A stretch of 58,874 nucleotides of DNA, filler included, from Basidioascus undulatus (taxonomy: Eukaryota), in assembly GCA_000826855.1 (NCBI GenBank). It is 3 parts of 3 records of this genome, joined end to end, with 100 filler letters (N's around TTAATTAATTAA, not from the genome) between each part and the next. Parts side by side here need not be neighbours in the genome. Positions count along the whole stretch, not along the records: positions 1 to 19,564 come from JTLS01000411.1; positions 19,665 to 39,224 come from JTLS01000412.1; 1 more part is not named here. The stretch is one strand, 5' to 3'. Below are positions 13,183 to 27,283 of the stretch, piece by piece; the stretch's first letter is position 1, and each line of letters begins with the position of its first letter. Below the pieces are notes generated by a model. It was not told the origin of the DNA. It searched no databases and saw nothing but the letters and a program-made list of their open reading frames with translations. The translations under genes were made by a program, and so were the position numbers.

Positions 13183-14322
13183 TATATGGTTCTTGTCGCG
13201 ATTGTAACTACATCACAACGATGTTTATGTAACTGGCATGTTCTGGAAATGCGCAGTACCTCTGCCTCAGCGAGCCAGTAGTTGCAAACCCTACAGACTT
13301 TCCTTTATCGCATTTTTAATTATGGGTAAAGCGGAGTATAATATGTCTGGAGTTGGTACCTAGTAAGGCATCTGCAATTTTGGTTCAACCGGGAATGTTC
13401 CGAACGAACAGTTTCTCCAACCAACGTGAAATTCAGACATTAGCAAGGCCCAGGATGGTTTGGCTGCCGAAAAGGGAGCGTCTGCCCTGGCAGGTCCTGC
13501 AGACTCAGCACAACATTAGAGGTGACACAATTTGAACAAAACATATTGATCAAAAATCGCTGATGCGATGCGAACCGCCGGCAGAGGAGGTCGAGGTGGT
13601 TGCGGGGCTGATCAGGGATAAGCTGTAGAATCAGTCTGATTTTGTCAGTCTTGGATATGCTGGGCCTGGAGCGCCCCTACTCAGGATGTGTCTCAATAGG
13701 CGCACTGTCAGCGCACATTCCCGGCATTCACGTTCTGAGCCCAACTTGCAAACGGTGATTGGCATCTGACAAGTCAATAATGCGCAGTTCACATTCTTTC
13801 GACAAAATAAATTGGAACAATCATGCATGGAGCTATACAGGGAATTAACTCAGCTATCTAATCATCTACAACCGATTTACCTTGCACCATTGCTGCAGAA
13901 ATCGGACGTCAACAAATGCACACGGCAGCAGCAAAGCTGAAAGCGTTAAAGATGTACGTACAAGCCTATGATTCTGCCAGCCATCCCTCTGGTGCTCTGC
14001 TGAGCAGTACCGCGCACCCCTGCAGTGCCCACAGGCCTTCTAGCACAGTGTACGGCAGACCTCGCAGTAGAGTTGCTCGCCAGCGGCGTCCACGAAGTCA
14101 CACATCCTTGATTGGGCTTAAGCTTGTTCATTCGTGTAATTGTTTGCTCAAGGTCGTTACGTGGGACCTTTTCGAGCACATCATGGAAGAGGCGGCGCGT
14201 AATCGCATCAGCAGGGGCGGCGCGATGGGCGCGACGATCCGGTACTGCGTTTGCAGCGTTGTTCGTTCATACAGCATGATTCTGTTGACTTGGTAGGGCA
14301 GGTCAAAGAGAGCGAATGTCTG

Positions 14323-14911
14323 CTATCGAGCTGCTCGGGCATCCGGGGCGAACAGGATGCCGGTGAAGCATTGCGGGGGTTCAGGAATGGTGACAGTGCC
14401 GGAGCGAGCGTCGAGCCACATGGAGCACGCGGGGAGCTGGTACACAGTCGGACACTGGGTTATGTGCAGACAGTTGAGCATCATGGACATCAGCCCAAGA
14501 TTGCGCCGAGTCTGTTCGATGAACTGGGCGCTTTGCGGGGTCGAAGTCTCCACAGCAGGATCAAGCTTTGGGCGGAATATGGTGATTTCGATTGAGACAT
14601 CTTCGAGTGGGATGTTAAGCGGGGTGTCGCCGTCGAGGCTCCGGAGAGCCAGGGTGAGCACGGAGGTGATGGGCGCGAGCGTGAATACGCTGAACGGAAG
14701 AGCGCGTAGCGGCTGACGCTTGACTTGGCGACCAGGACGAGATCACCCGAGTTGAGGTGGTCGAGGCAAAGACCAGGGGTGGATAATGAAGATGGGTCGA
14801 CTACGCCGAAGCAACACGCCCATATCGACTCGAAGCCCGGAAGAGGATGAACCACGGTCCCGTCCATAGAACCATGTCCACGAGATCAAGCGTTTCCATC
14901 TTGAGCGGCAT
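14323..14911 (-). pseudogene. Hypothetical protein, probably frameshifted
   Basis: Coding-like overlapping ORFs 14490-14867 and 14323-14661 follow an ATG at 14911 (MPLKMETLDLVDMVL). No family recognised. Confidence 0.3.
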
Positions 14912-15639
14912 GGTGTCAGCAAGGAAGGCGCAAAGGCAGGAGAAGGTGATCGGATGTGGGTGTGTGTGTAGAAGCAGTGGAAGGCCTAGACGAATGAGGA
15001 GTCAACGTCTACAGCCGGGAAGAAGGAAGAAAACTGGTGCTTGGACTGCGTCCGTGCATGCCTCGTATTACACCGCATTCCGCCGGTCGACCATTACAGT
15101 AGTATACCTGAAGTGGTCTTTTCTTGCTCTGGAAAATATTTTCGGTCTTCATACTCCCCAATGCCCCAATACTATTCAAATACAGAGTTGAATAAATGTG
15201 ACACCGACGGTAAGGTCAGACCACCGACGCAGCGACACACTTCCTTTTGTTCTTTGTTCTCCGTGAACAGCCTTCCGGTGCTTGAGCTTTGCCTGATTGA
15301 ACCTCAGCTGCACAATTCCTTGCTGAGTCTTCATATTCCAAGGGATAATTCCGTTTACTGAGTAGTCCTCTGGCGAATGTCACCGTTACTGTCTTAGGAG
15401 TCACCCGGACAATGATTTCACACGTTGAAGTGCATCCGCATCACAAGAGCGGATTCAGATGGAGATAATCTACAGTCTGAAATGACAAAATCGAACAGAA
15501 CCAAGTAGACTAAGGATCCGTAAAGCCATACTCTTTTGCTGCCCGACCACCACCGTCACAACAGAACAACTACCCTCATCCTCCCCAAATCCCTCGACGC
15601 GAACAACTCGCCTCTGGACCCAATAAGCCGGTGTAAAAG

Positions 15640-16405
15640 CTCTCTATTGACATTGTGAAGTTCATCATCGACGAAGTCGCTGCGCCGCTTCGCCCTCGCG
15701 CCTATGCCCGAGACTCGGCAACGCTGGCATCGCTCTGTCTCGGTGCGCCCCTTCACACGGTCCGCGAAAGCCCTCAGCTCCTATACCACACCCGCTTCGT
15801 ATTCTTGCCTAACGCCGTGGGAGCTTCAAAACGATGGGAAATGGCCGAGTATCCGGATGCTGTAGCTTTCAACCGCACTTCGTGCGCATCCTGACCCTCT
15901 TGAGGTTGCACGCACCGGTCCTCGAACGACTAACCATTACGAGGTACCCGAAAGACGAGCTTGAGGACCTTTTCACAAACCTTCCTCCTTCTCTCGGGCG
16001 GAAGAAACTTCATTCAGACATCTCTCGCCCTGTTTTGTTCGATGCCCTCAACAGCAGCTTCATCGGTCTGACACACTTATCGGTGGATGAGTATTCTCTA
16101 CGCGAACCCGCTGTCATCGACTCTTGGTGCAGATGCCTCTTCTTTCGAATGTAGCCGTAAATGTGTGGTGGGCTTTGGACGTCAGTTTCCCGTTCGATGG
16201 CATCCAGCGCCTCGCCGAAGAGACTCCAGCCCTGAGGCAGATTACCTTTCATGTTGTTGACAAACTAGACATCCAAGTCAACTTCAAACAACGCTTGCGG
16301 GAGTTGTTCCCCAAGCTTCTTCGGGCAAGGATTGCTATCATCGAGAGCGGTTCATGTTCGGAACTCGTCGCGGACGGCACGGTGTGGGAGCACGAGGGCG
16401 ACTGA
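15640..16405 (+). pseudogene. F-box-like/LRR-like family paralogue, copy B
   Basis: DIVKFIIDEVAAPLRPRAYARDSATLASLCL, LRLHAPVLERLTIT, LTHLSVD, TPALRQITF and ELVADGTVWEHEG occur across three reading frames. Confidence 0.7.
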
Positions 16406-17659
16406 AGGGCATTCTGTCGAGAGTTTGGGGATGCGGTCGCCGTATTGAAATGATGTTCATTGTGCGGTATTGTCTAAAACTTCAGGCTTCAAGCTCCCCA
16501 ATATTTGCAATGTTGCTTTAGCAAGGTCGTCAGCCAGAAAACGTGTACTACCGGGTCAGTGCACCGAGGAGTCGTGACCATTGTGACAATCGAAATAGTT
16601 ACACACATCAATGAATTTTGCTAATGTTTTCTGGGAATGCGTGCTAAAAGGGTTTTTTTTTTGTGTGATCTATCAACCCTTTTTGGTGCTCTCCCTTCTA
16701 GGAGACTCATGGTAGTCTCGGCGGCAGCTGCCGCTACCCCACCGCAGCTTGCAGCTGATTCAGAGTGGGGGGTTGGTAAGTCCACCACCAATATATTATA
16801 GCTGCCAGGGCCCCATCGACATTTCCGATACTTTTGGAGGACTAGCTGCCTGCCCCATCTGTGATTTCAAGGCCTGGTGGCGTGGTGCGTCGTCAACACC
16901 TGTGACAGTCGCAGCGGAGTGAATTGCAACACCCAAATGGAGTCAGTAAAGCCCAGAAAAATAATAGTCTGGAAGGGAAATCTGGACCTCACATTCCTCT
17001 TTTGGGCCTCAGGCGGTTTATCTCGAATGCCCGAAATCACAGCTTTTACTGTTGCTCACGCTTTGCGTGTCAAGTCTTTATAGTAGTCGTGCGCTACTGA
17101 TCGCCCAACATCGGAAAAATTCGGGTAGGTATTTGCTTTCAGTATTGACCTTCACAACTTCTGTAATCAATAGTCTCTCGCGGGCGACTCAAGGAAGGGT
17201 ATCAAAGATGCGCACGCTGGTGGGACTGGTCATTCAACAGATCCCACTTGATCGATACCAGATCCTGTTGGGCAGTCGGTCATACTCTTTTACAACAAGG
17301 CTTGAATGATCAGACCGGCTATATCTTGTTTATTCCGTCTCGGCCCCAGAGCGTCTGGAGCCTGCATGGGCAGGTGAAGCAAGGTGAAGCACAGGCAAGT
17401 GTCTGCCTCTCTTGCATGGCGATATTTGATTGTTCAAACAGGATTCCTACGTGGGAGGAGACATCTTTCCTTTTTTACGCCGCCTTCTTTTTGATAAGTA
17501 GTCGCCAGGCGTCGGCGAAAGTAAGGTGGGAGCTGAAAGGGCAAGTCTGACTCAACAGCTCCCACGCCCTTAGTCCGCCCCATCACGCAAGTCCGCCTGA
17601 GGCGAGTTGTTGCCGCTCTGCGAGACCATGACGCCCAAAGGGATTGACTGGTCGGACCT

Positions 17660-17838
17660 CCGCATGTACAGTCCCGGCCGTACGCTTGGGGATGAGGCGG
17701 TGCGGCGACTTGCTCGATGATGAGGTCGAGCACGTCGAAATGGACGTCGAAAGGGAGAGCGATAACATCATCCAGCGGGCGCTTTGGCGCAGTCGCCCCG
17801 AAGAGAGGAGAGAAGTAGCTGTTGAGGAGCGACAACAT
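17660..17838 (-). pseudogene. F-box-like family paralogue, copy C (N-terminal stub only)
   Basis: VHFDVLDLIIEQVAAPPHPQAYGRD matches LPRDVINLIIDEVAATPHPRAYGQD of copy D; similarity stops abruptly after YGRD. Confidence 0.65.
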
Positions 17839-18112
17839 CTCGGTGTTTGTCGCAAGAGGAGAGATGGTGGTTCTCGGGTGAAAAAGGCGTTGTCGGTACT
17901 CGCGGCGATGAGGACGCAGAAGCTCTGCTCGATTCCGTCATATTCAACGGTAGCTGACAGTCGGTTGTTCTCTACACCGGTCCATGAAGAGACACTTTCC
18001 GGAAAGGTCGACGGATATGTTTCAAAGGTGTGGTAACCGCAATAAGGCCGCGTCATTGGAAAGTGAGCGCGAAGTACTCGGACATGCGACGCCACAGGTC
18101 CACAGTGCTACC

Positions 18113-18175
18113 CTGGCTGTCAAGACGCCACTGGTACCGTTCCACATCTGGCTGCCACGAGCCCACGCCGAGGCA
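18113..18175 (+). other. Short nad4/NuoM-like fragment (candidate NUMT)
   Basis: Translates to LAVKTPLVPFHIWLPRAHAEA, the conserved K-x-P-x-x-P-x-H-x-W-L-P-x-A-H-x-E-A motif of complex I subunit 4. The flanks are unrelated. Confidence 0.65.
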
Positions 18176-18221
18176 GAGCCCATTGCCACGAGACCACGCC
18201 TGTCTGCCGGTCAGGTGGCCG

Positions 18222-18927
18222 CTAGGTTCCCACGACTGAACGATCTTGCATCGGCTGAGCAGACCGTGCCCAGCCCGTGACGACAGAGAGAGCGCGCCCA
18301 TCCAAAGACAAGTTTGTGAGACTGGTGGCGCTGCTGCTGCGATTATCGAAGAAGGCAGAGCTCAGTATGTCGCAGTGAAGTTCTTTTAACCCGGGAAGGT
18401 GAAAGACGAGGTCCGTGAAGTGGTCTTCAAGCATGCTGTCCTGACGCATGGTAATGCCCAGTCGCTGGAGGTTCGGCGCATGAAACTTGAAGAGCCTCAT
18501 GATACCGAACAAGGTCGCCATGAAAGGCTTGACTTCAGGATTCTGGCGCTCCCTTCCCATTATGCTTGCGTGGGGCAGGAGCATAGAGCGGGTGTGGCTG
18601 AGAAGCCGCAATTTCGCGTGGACCGCCCCGCGAAAAAGACTGAATGCGCGGAAGGTCAAGATCAGGGAGATCGAGCGTGACCATGTTGACGCCAATCGAG
18701 GAGTAGAGCTTGGGATGAGCCATCCACAGAAAGAACCTCGATACGAGGCAGAGTGATGCTAGCGTCTTCGAATCCTGACCGTAGGCGCGAGGGTGGGGCG
18801 TTGCAGCGACTTCGTCAATGATGAGGTTGATAACGTCTCGAGGGAGTTCGACAACGACTTGGGGCTCCAGTTCTGAGGTTGTACCCCTGAAACGAGGCCA
18901 GAAGCGTTTGACGAGAATCGAGCGCAT
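18222..18927 (-). pseudogene. F-box-like/LRR-like family paralogue, copy D (most complete N-terminus)
   Basis: MRSILVKRFW...ELPRDVINLIIDEVAATPHPRAYGQDSKTLASLCLVSRFFLWMAHPKLYSSI fits the basidiomycete F-box-like pattern LPxD/E...LxxLCLVSR...AxxxLY. After a frameshift comes FHAPNLQRLGIT, LPGLKELHC and LTNLSLD (LxxLxL repeats). Confidence 0.7.
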
Positions 18928-19564
18928 TGGACCCCGGGTCGAGGGAATGGGGCGAGATGCAGTTCTGCGAACGTCACGGTCGGGAGACAAGGTGGTTCCG
19001 GATACTGATGGCGCAGGAAGCTCTGCTCTGTCATACACTGTTCTCATTTATTTGATTTTGTAAGGGCGCCTCAGTCAGTCTGAGAGAAAAGAACATAGAA
19101 ACGGAGCAGTACAGACAGCTCCTGCAGTGGCATGCAACGTGAAGCAGCACATATACTTCTGCACGCTAAGGTACACGGTCAGACTCGAACCTCAAAGCAT
19201 TGTTACAGGGAGAAGAATGCTTTGGTTGTATTCTGGCATTTTGTAAAGACGGAGTTGAGAGTGGGGACCAGAACCCGCAGCCAGGAAGAGTCAACGTTCC
19301 AACTTACATTTGGTAAGTCCCGTCACCCACATCCGTAGGACCTGCCGAAACCTACAAAGTTTACAAACGAAAGCTTGTATCAGCAGTGCCCCTTGCATAT
19401 TCCTTCCCCCTGCCGAATTTCCTGAGAAGCTTGACGCTCTCCCCACCCACCGCAAACCCAGCAACCCCTTCCCCTCCTCCCCTCAGGCACGTCCCGACGA
19501 CGCGTCTTCTCATCCTTATTGCTTCTTCCTTCCGCCTCCTCTTCCGCTCTTCCCCTTCCCCTGT

Positions 19565-19664
19565 NNNNNNNNNNNNNNNNNNNNNNNNNNNNNNNNNNNN
19601 NNNNNNNNTTAATTAATTAANNNNNNNNNNNNNNNNNNNNNNNNNNNNNNNNNNNNNNNNNNNN
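19565..19664. other. Assembly gap with artificial six-frame stop linker
   Basis: N44-TTAATTAATTAA-N44, exactly 100 nt, identical to the gap at 39225-39324. Confidence 0.97.
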
Positions 19665-22682
<3,018 letters not shown>

Positions 22683-23277
22683 TCCATCCGACCATCCTCT
22701 GCCTACCCCCTCTCTATTCTATTGCTTTTCACCCTCGTTCTGTGCACATTGCTTCTCTTCCACCTGGACTTGCCGCATCGCCCCCCGCGGCAGCTTTCAT
22801 AGACAACGGACTGACACTCTCACGAGACGAGACACATTCGCCACGCATTGCTACCCTCTACACATCATTCTTGACCCCAAATTTTTATCTATACCATACC
22901 ACAGTCTATGCCACTTGCAGCCTGCAGAACGAGCGCAGGCATGCAAACGCTGCAAGAGGCGAAAGATACGCGCTGACGTCATTGGGCGGGCGGAGAGACC
23001 AAGTTTGAGACGACACCGAAAGCGGCTTTCAGGCATCGTTTCCCATCTTCATCTTCTACGCTCTTCATCCTCTTGTGGGTGACATCGCTGCTGCTCCTAT
23101 AGTTGCTGTAAGGAATCGTTGGTGGTCCCCGCAGTTCCATCACAGGTAGGCAGGCAGCCGAAGGACGAGCAGCTTTGCGATGGGCAGGCCGGGCTGATAA
23201 CATGCCGGGAGCTGCGGCAGATCGCAAACGTCCCTTTCACGCATCTCACGTATCACGAGAACGGAGATACGGCAATC

Positions 23278-24400
23278 ATGTGCGGCTCTCTTTGCTAGGG
23301 AGCGTCAGGAGAAACGGGCCCAGCAGGAGTACTGATGAAGTTGCAAGGCAGGCCCCGCCCAAACCACAGCGTCCGGGTCGAGTTCTACCTCGCATCGTGC
23401 GTTGACCTCATTGAACCTGCATAAGAGATCCTTGAGGCTGGAGAAGACTGAATGGAGGTGCTCTGGTGGACAGCTTCATGCTCCTCGCCGTCTCAGCGGC
23501 TTTAACGATCGCCTCCCTCCTCATGCCCGACTGGTTCGTCATCCTTCCCTCCTCTCCTTCCCCCACGCCATCTGACCGTCCCACCCACCCATGCCAGGAT
23601 CCACGCGCACTCAAGCGAAGACATTCCCCTCGTGACGCGCGTCCGCTACGGCCTCTACCAGCCCTGCGAGCGCGTCGAGGTCGGCAGCCGGCTCGAGGAG
23701 GCCCACTGGACGTGCGACGCATTCCCCAAGCGCGCGCAGTGCGAGGAGGGCGGGAAGTGGGAGGGCGCGTTTTGCACTACTTGGGGGACGGCTGGGTGAG
23801 TCGCTTGCTTATGCGGCGGACTTGGGTTTGCGGGGGTGGCCGCTGACTGGGAGGGAGGACCCCGCGGGATTAGCTACGCCCACGCGCTTAGTCTGGCTTT
23901 CCTTGTACCCGCGCTGATTGGGATCGTGATCGTGTCGTGCTTTGGCCGCAAGGGTACGTCCTAGAATGCTCTCTACTGTTCCCAAGAGTCCAGTGTGCTG
24001 AAGTTGGACGGTTATTCTGCACAGGCGGTAAGAAGCGCCGCCAAGGGTGGAAGATCATTTCCGCGCTCATCTTCCTGTATTGTCCGTCCCGTCCCCTCCC
24101 TGACCTTCCCCTCCAGCACCCCCTCACCCCCCCTCCCAAACAGTCGCCCTGCAAACGACCGGCCTCGCCCTGGTACTGCACTCCTTCCTCTCCCAGCGCG
24201 AGCGCTTCTACCGCGCCTCCTCTCTGGCCTCCTCCTTCTGGCTCTCCCTCTCTGCGACGCTCATCGCGCTCGTCGACCTCTTCGGGCTTATCTCCGTCGG
24301 GCGCGCGGCGAAGGAGGGCAAGGAATGGGCGCGCGAGCACAAGAGCGCGAGCTTCTACTACCGCGGTGGAGATGATGAGAGGCAGAGGCTGCTTGGTTGA
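23278..24400 (+). CDS. Four-TM claudin/PMP22/SUR7-like membrane protein
   Basis: Spliced product MPRPNHSVRVEFYLASFMLLAVSAALTIASLLMPDW...RYGLYQPC...C..FP...C...FCTTWGTAGY has the W...GLY...C-C extracellular signature followed by three more hydrophobic segments; stop TGA 24398-24400. Confidence 0.7.
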
Positions 24401-25161
24401 GGGTGGGACAGCGTTGGAAGAAGGGGTAAGGTGCAAACGGACGTTTGGGGGTCGGTAGGAGGTCGAGAAGGTGTATTTTTCCTGAGCTTACGTAACGAAT
24501 CATGCATGGACTCGCTTCGGACGACTGGACCCGCTGCGCGACTGAGACTTCAGTCTCACAAAAATGCGAGGCCGGGAGGTGCGTGGTTCACTTTCGCGCC
24601 GGTGCATCGCCGGGTCAACCAAATACGGGATTTCGTGTCGGGCTCTGTCAAGGGAAGGTTGATAAGGTGATATTTTTGCCAGTCGATACTGTGAACCCAT
24701 TCGGCTGAACGGGCAGGCACGAGAAAGCAAGAGTTCAGAGCTGCCTGCTGTCGCCAACACAAGCTGCGCGCAGATGAGCAAGCGCGTCCCAACACAACCT
24801 TCAAAGGTGAATCAACTTCAATATCTGGTTGGTCCTTATATAAGAGTCACCGTGGCAGCCCTAAGTACTGCAGCCTTGTAACTGGCAGCGTTGCTTTCGT
24901 CGCTGCTGTGTGTCGCTTTTTTGGTGTGGTTTGGGACGGTGCTCAGTCGTGAATTTCGGTGAAGTACTCGCGTGCTCTGCCCAGCTAAGGCTAAAAGAGG
25001 CCTATGTCCTATGCACAAGTGTTGCGGCGCGGCGCGGGCAGTCGGTTCATGAAAACTTGTCGCGGCGCCTCCTAACGATTTACAGCTCCGAGCACAAGGT
25101 CGGAGAATGGGCATGCAACAGTTCATACATTCAACAAAACCATTCACCCCAGAAGACCAAA

Positions 25162-26570
25162 TCAGGACCTGCTCGCCAGCCCCTCTCCCAACGCCTTCCC
25201 ACCGCCCTCCTTCCTCTTGCGCACCGTCAACCTCCCGCCTTCGCAAACGACAGCGAGGCCGGTGCCAGCGTGCTCCCTCGACAGCTTAAGGATCTCAGAT
25301 AGAACTACGCTCATCCTGCCCATCCCAACCTCGGCTTTGCGCGCGTAGTGCTCCATCTCCGGACCCTGTAGCTCGATCTTCTCGACGGCAGAGAAGTCGC
25401 CGCGCTGGTGCTTGGCGAAGTAGAGGTAGGGGGTCTGGGAGAAATAGATCTCAGGGTCTGTATGTAGCCCAATGGACTCCAAGACTTAAGCAAGGCAATG
25501 GGAAACACGGTCAGAGCTGTAGACAGCGACGTACAGACATCGTCCCAGTCGAGCGGACGGTGAGCGGCATGAGTCTTGAGCTCGATAAGCGTCTCCTGCG
25601 GGACAGGCTTGTCTGAAGCGGTGCGAAGGATCGTGACACCGAGGGCCTTCTTGTAGGAGGGAGCTCGAGGTCTAGGCGCTGCGCCGTCTCCTTCGTCGGT
25701 TGCGCAGCCCAGATAGGGCGGCGACGAGGTCGTCCTCGACCGTTGCCGCGCCGGGAACGGCTCTGCAGGCGTCGACCTCGGAACCGAAGGAGGGTCTTAC
25801 AAGCCTGCGAGGTCCTTCACCGTCCCCAAAAACCCAGAACACATCAATTGTGAAACAAACTGTAGGGAGAGAAAAACGCTCGAGCGAAATGATCTGGTGG
25901 TGGTCAGTCGCCCTCTCGCAGCCCAGCGCCGGCACCGTCGCAGCGACCTTGTACTCGTGGCCAAAGCCGCGGAAGCCGTCGATAGCCACCTTGTCGGCCG
26001 GCTCGCGACGGGTGAAGACAAACTCGGACACTCGACTCGATGCGGAAGTCCTTCTCGGCCGCGCCGGTCACCAGCGGAGGAGCTTCCGCAGGTTGTTGCG
26101 GTCGGTGAGGAGGTCGAATTTGATGAAGGAGTAAGTCCGGCTTAAGAGTGTCGATCGCTGCGAAGAGCGGCGAGAGCGGCGAGAGCGCCCCGAGATGGGT
26201 AGAGTTCTGGTCGATGTACTCGATGCCGGTGTTCGGCGGGGACGCGCTGGACAGCGTCCTTGTTCCAAACGAAAGGTGAACCTTGGTACACCAGAAAACC
26301 TTCGGTGGTCTCTTGCAAATATACCGTGGCTGAAGTCTGAAGGAGAGTCAACTCACCCGGAACCAAAATCGTCGGAGTAGCTGCGTTAGTCCAGGAGTAG
26401 CAGGCCACCGTCTCGACGTTGTCGACGACGACAGCTTTCTTGCCGCTAGCAGGAGTAAAGGCTTCGACGAGCGCCCCAAGGTCGTCTTTCAGGAAGGAGG
26501 GAAGAACGGTGACCGTCGGCGGCGGGGCTGGACGTGGCGCAGTGTTACGGCGACGGGTGTAGTGGGACAT
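25162..26570 (-). pseudogene. Fungal RAI1/DXO-like PD-(D/E)xK nuclease family member with at least three frameshifts
   Basis: Motifs YSW...PTILVPGSP, YIDQN, DLLTDRNNLRKLLRW, FRIE, GFGHEY, IELKT and EIYFSQTPYLYFAKHQRGDF. Single-base indels at ~26232, ~26132 and ~26070 break the frame. The fold assignment is inferred from motif recall. Confidence 0.6.
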
Positions 26571-27283
26571 CGGGTGAAATAGGTGTGCTTCGACAAGTAG
26601 TTGTTGGAGGTGAAAGGAAAGAGGGAGGTAGGTATGTCTGGGTTGTGCTCAGTTTTGAGGGGATAGAGGGGTGAAGGGTTTTGCGGCGGATAGCGGGACG
26701 ACTGCGCCGCTGCGTGCAACAGTGTGCACAAAAGCTGCCGTTTGCGGAACGAGCGGAAGCGGAGCTTTATAAGAGGCACTCGGACGGCTGGTTCCGCAAA
26801 CATGCGCAGGGAAATGGCACTGGAATATCTAAAACTTATTTGAGATGTACTGTGCCGACAACAAAGGTGCCGCGATAACATGCCATGCAGTGGAACGACC
26901 CGGCTGGCAACGTTCGTGCCACTGTAGGTCTTTCTTCCATCACCGTTTTTCTTGAGCACTTGAGGGAGTTTTTTCGGCTGGTGCTACAGTCGGGCGAGAG
27001 GCAAGAGGGCGAGAGGGCTGTTGTTTCGGGAGGACCCGATGGCTTCGCATTCCGCAACGGTCCCCGCATGTCATCAGTCTGCCTTTCACCGTTTATCTGA
27101 AATCTTCCTCACAACAAAACTCTAAAGGGAAAGTTTCCTCTGGATGAGCACCCAAATTGACGAACGAAATCTCAAGACCTCAACAGGTCATGCGACATTC
27201 GAAAAGTCTTGCACGTCCCCAGCAGCACGCTCTGAAACTTCCACTTTACAGCGTCCAAATCATCACAAAGCATGCATTGTCTC

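Noticed and set aside
19609..19620. Palindromic TTAATTAATTAA occurring twice (also 39269-39280)
   Set aside because: Centred in identical 100-nt N blocks; it is an artificial six-frame stop linker. Adjacency across it is not guaranteed.
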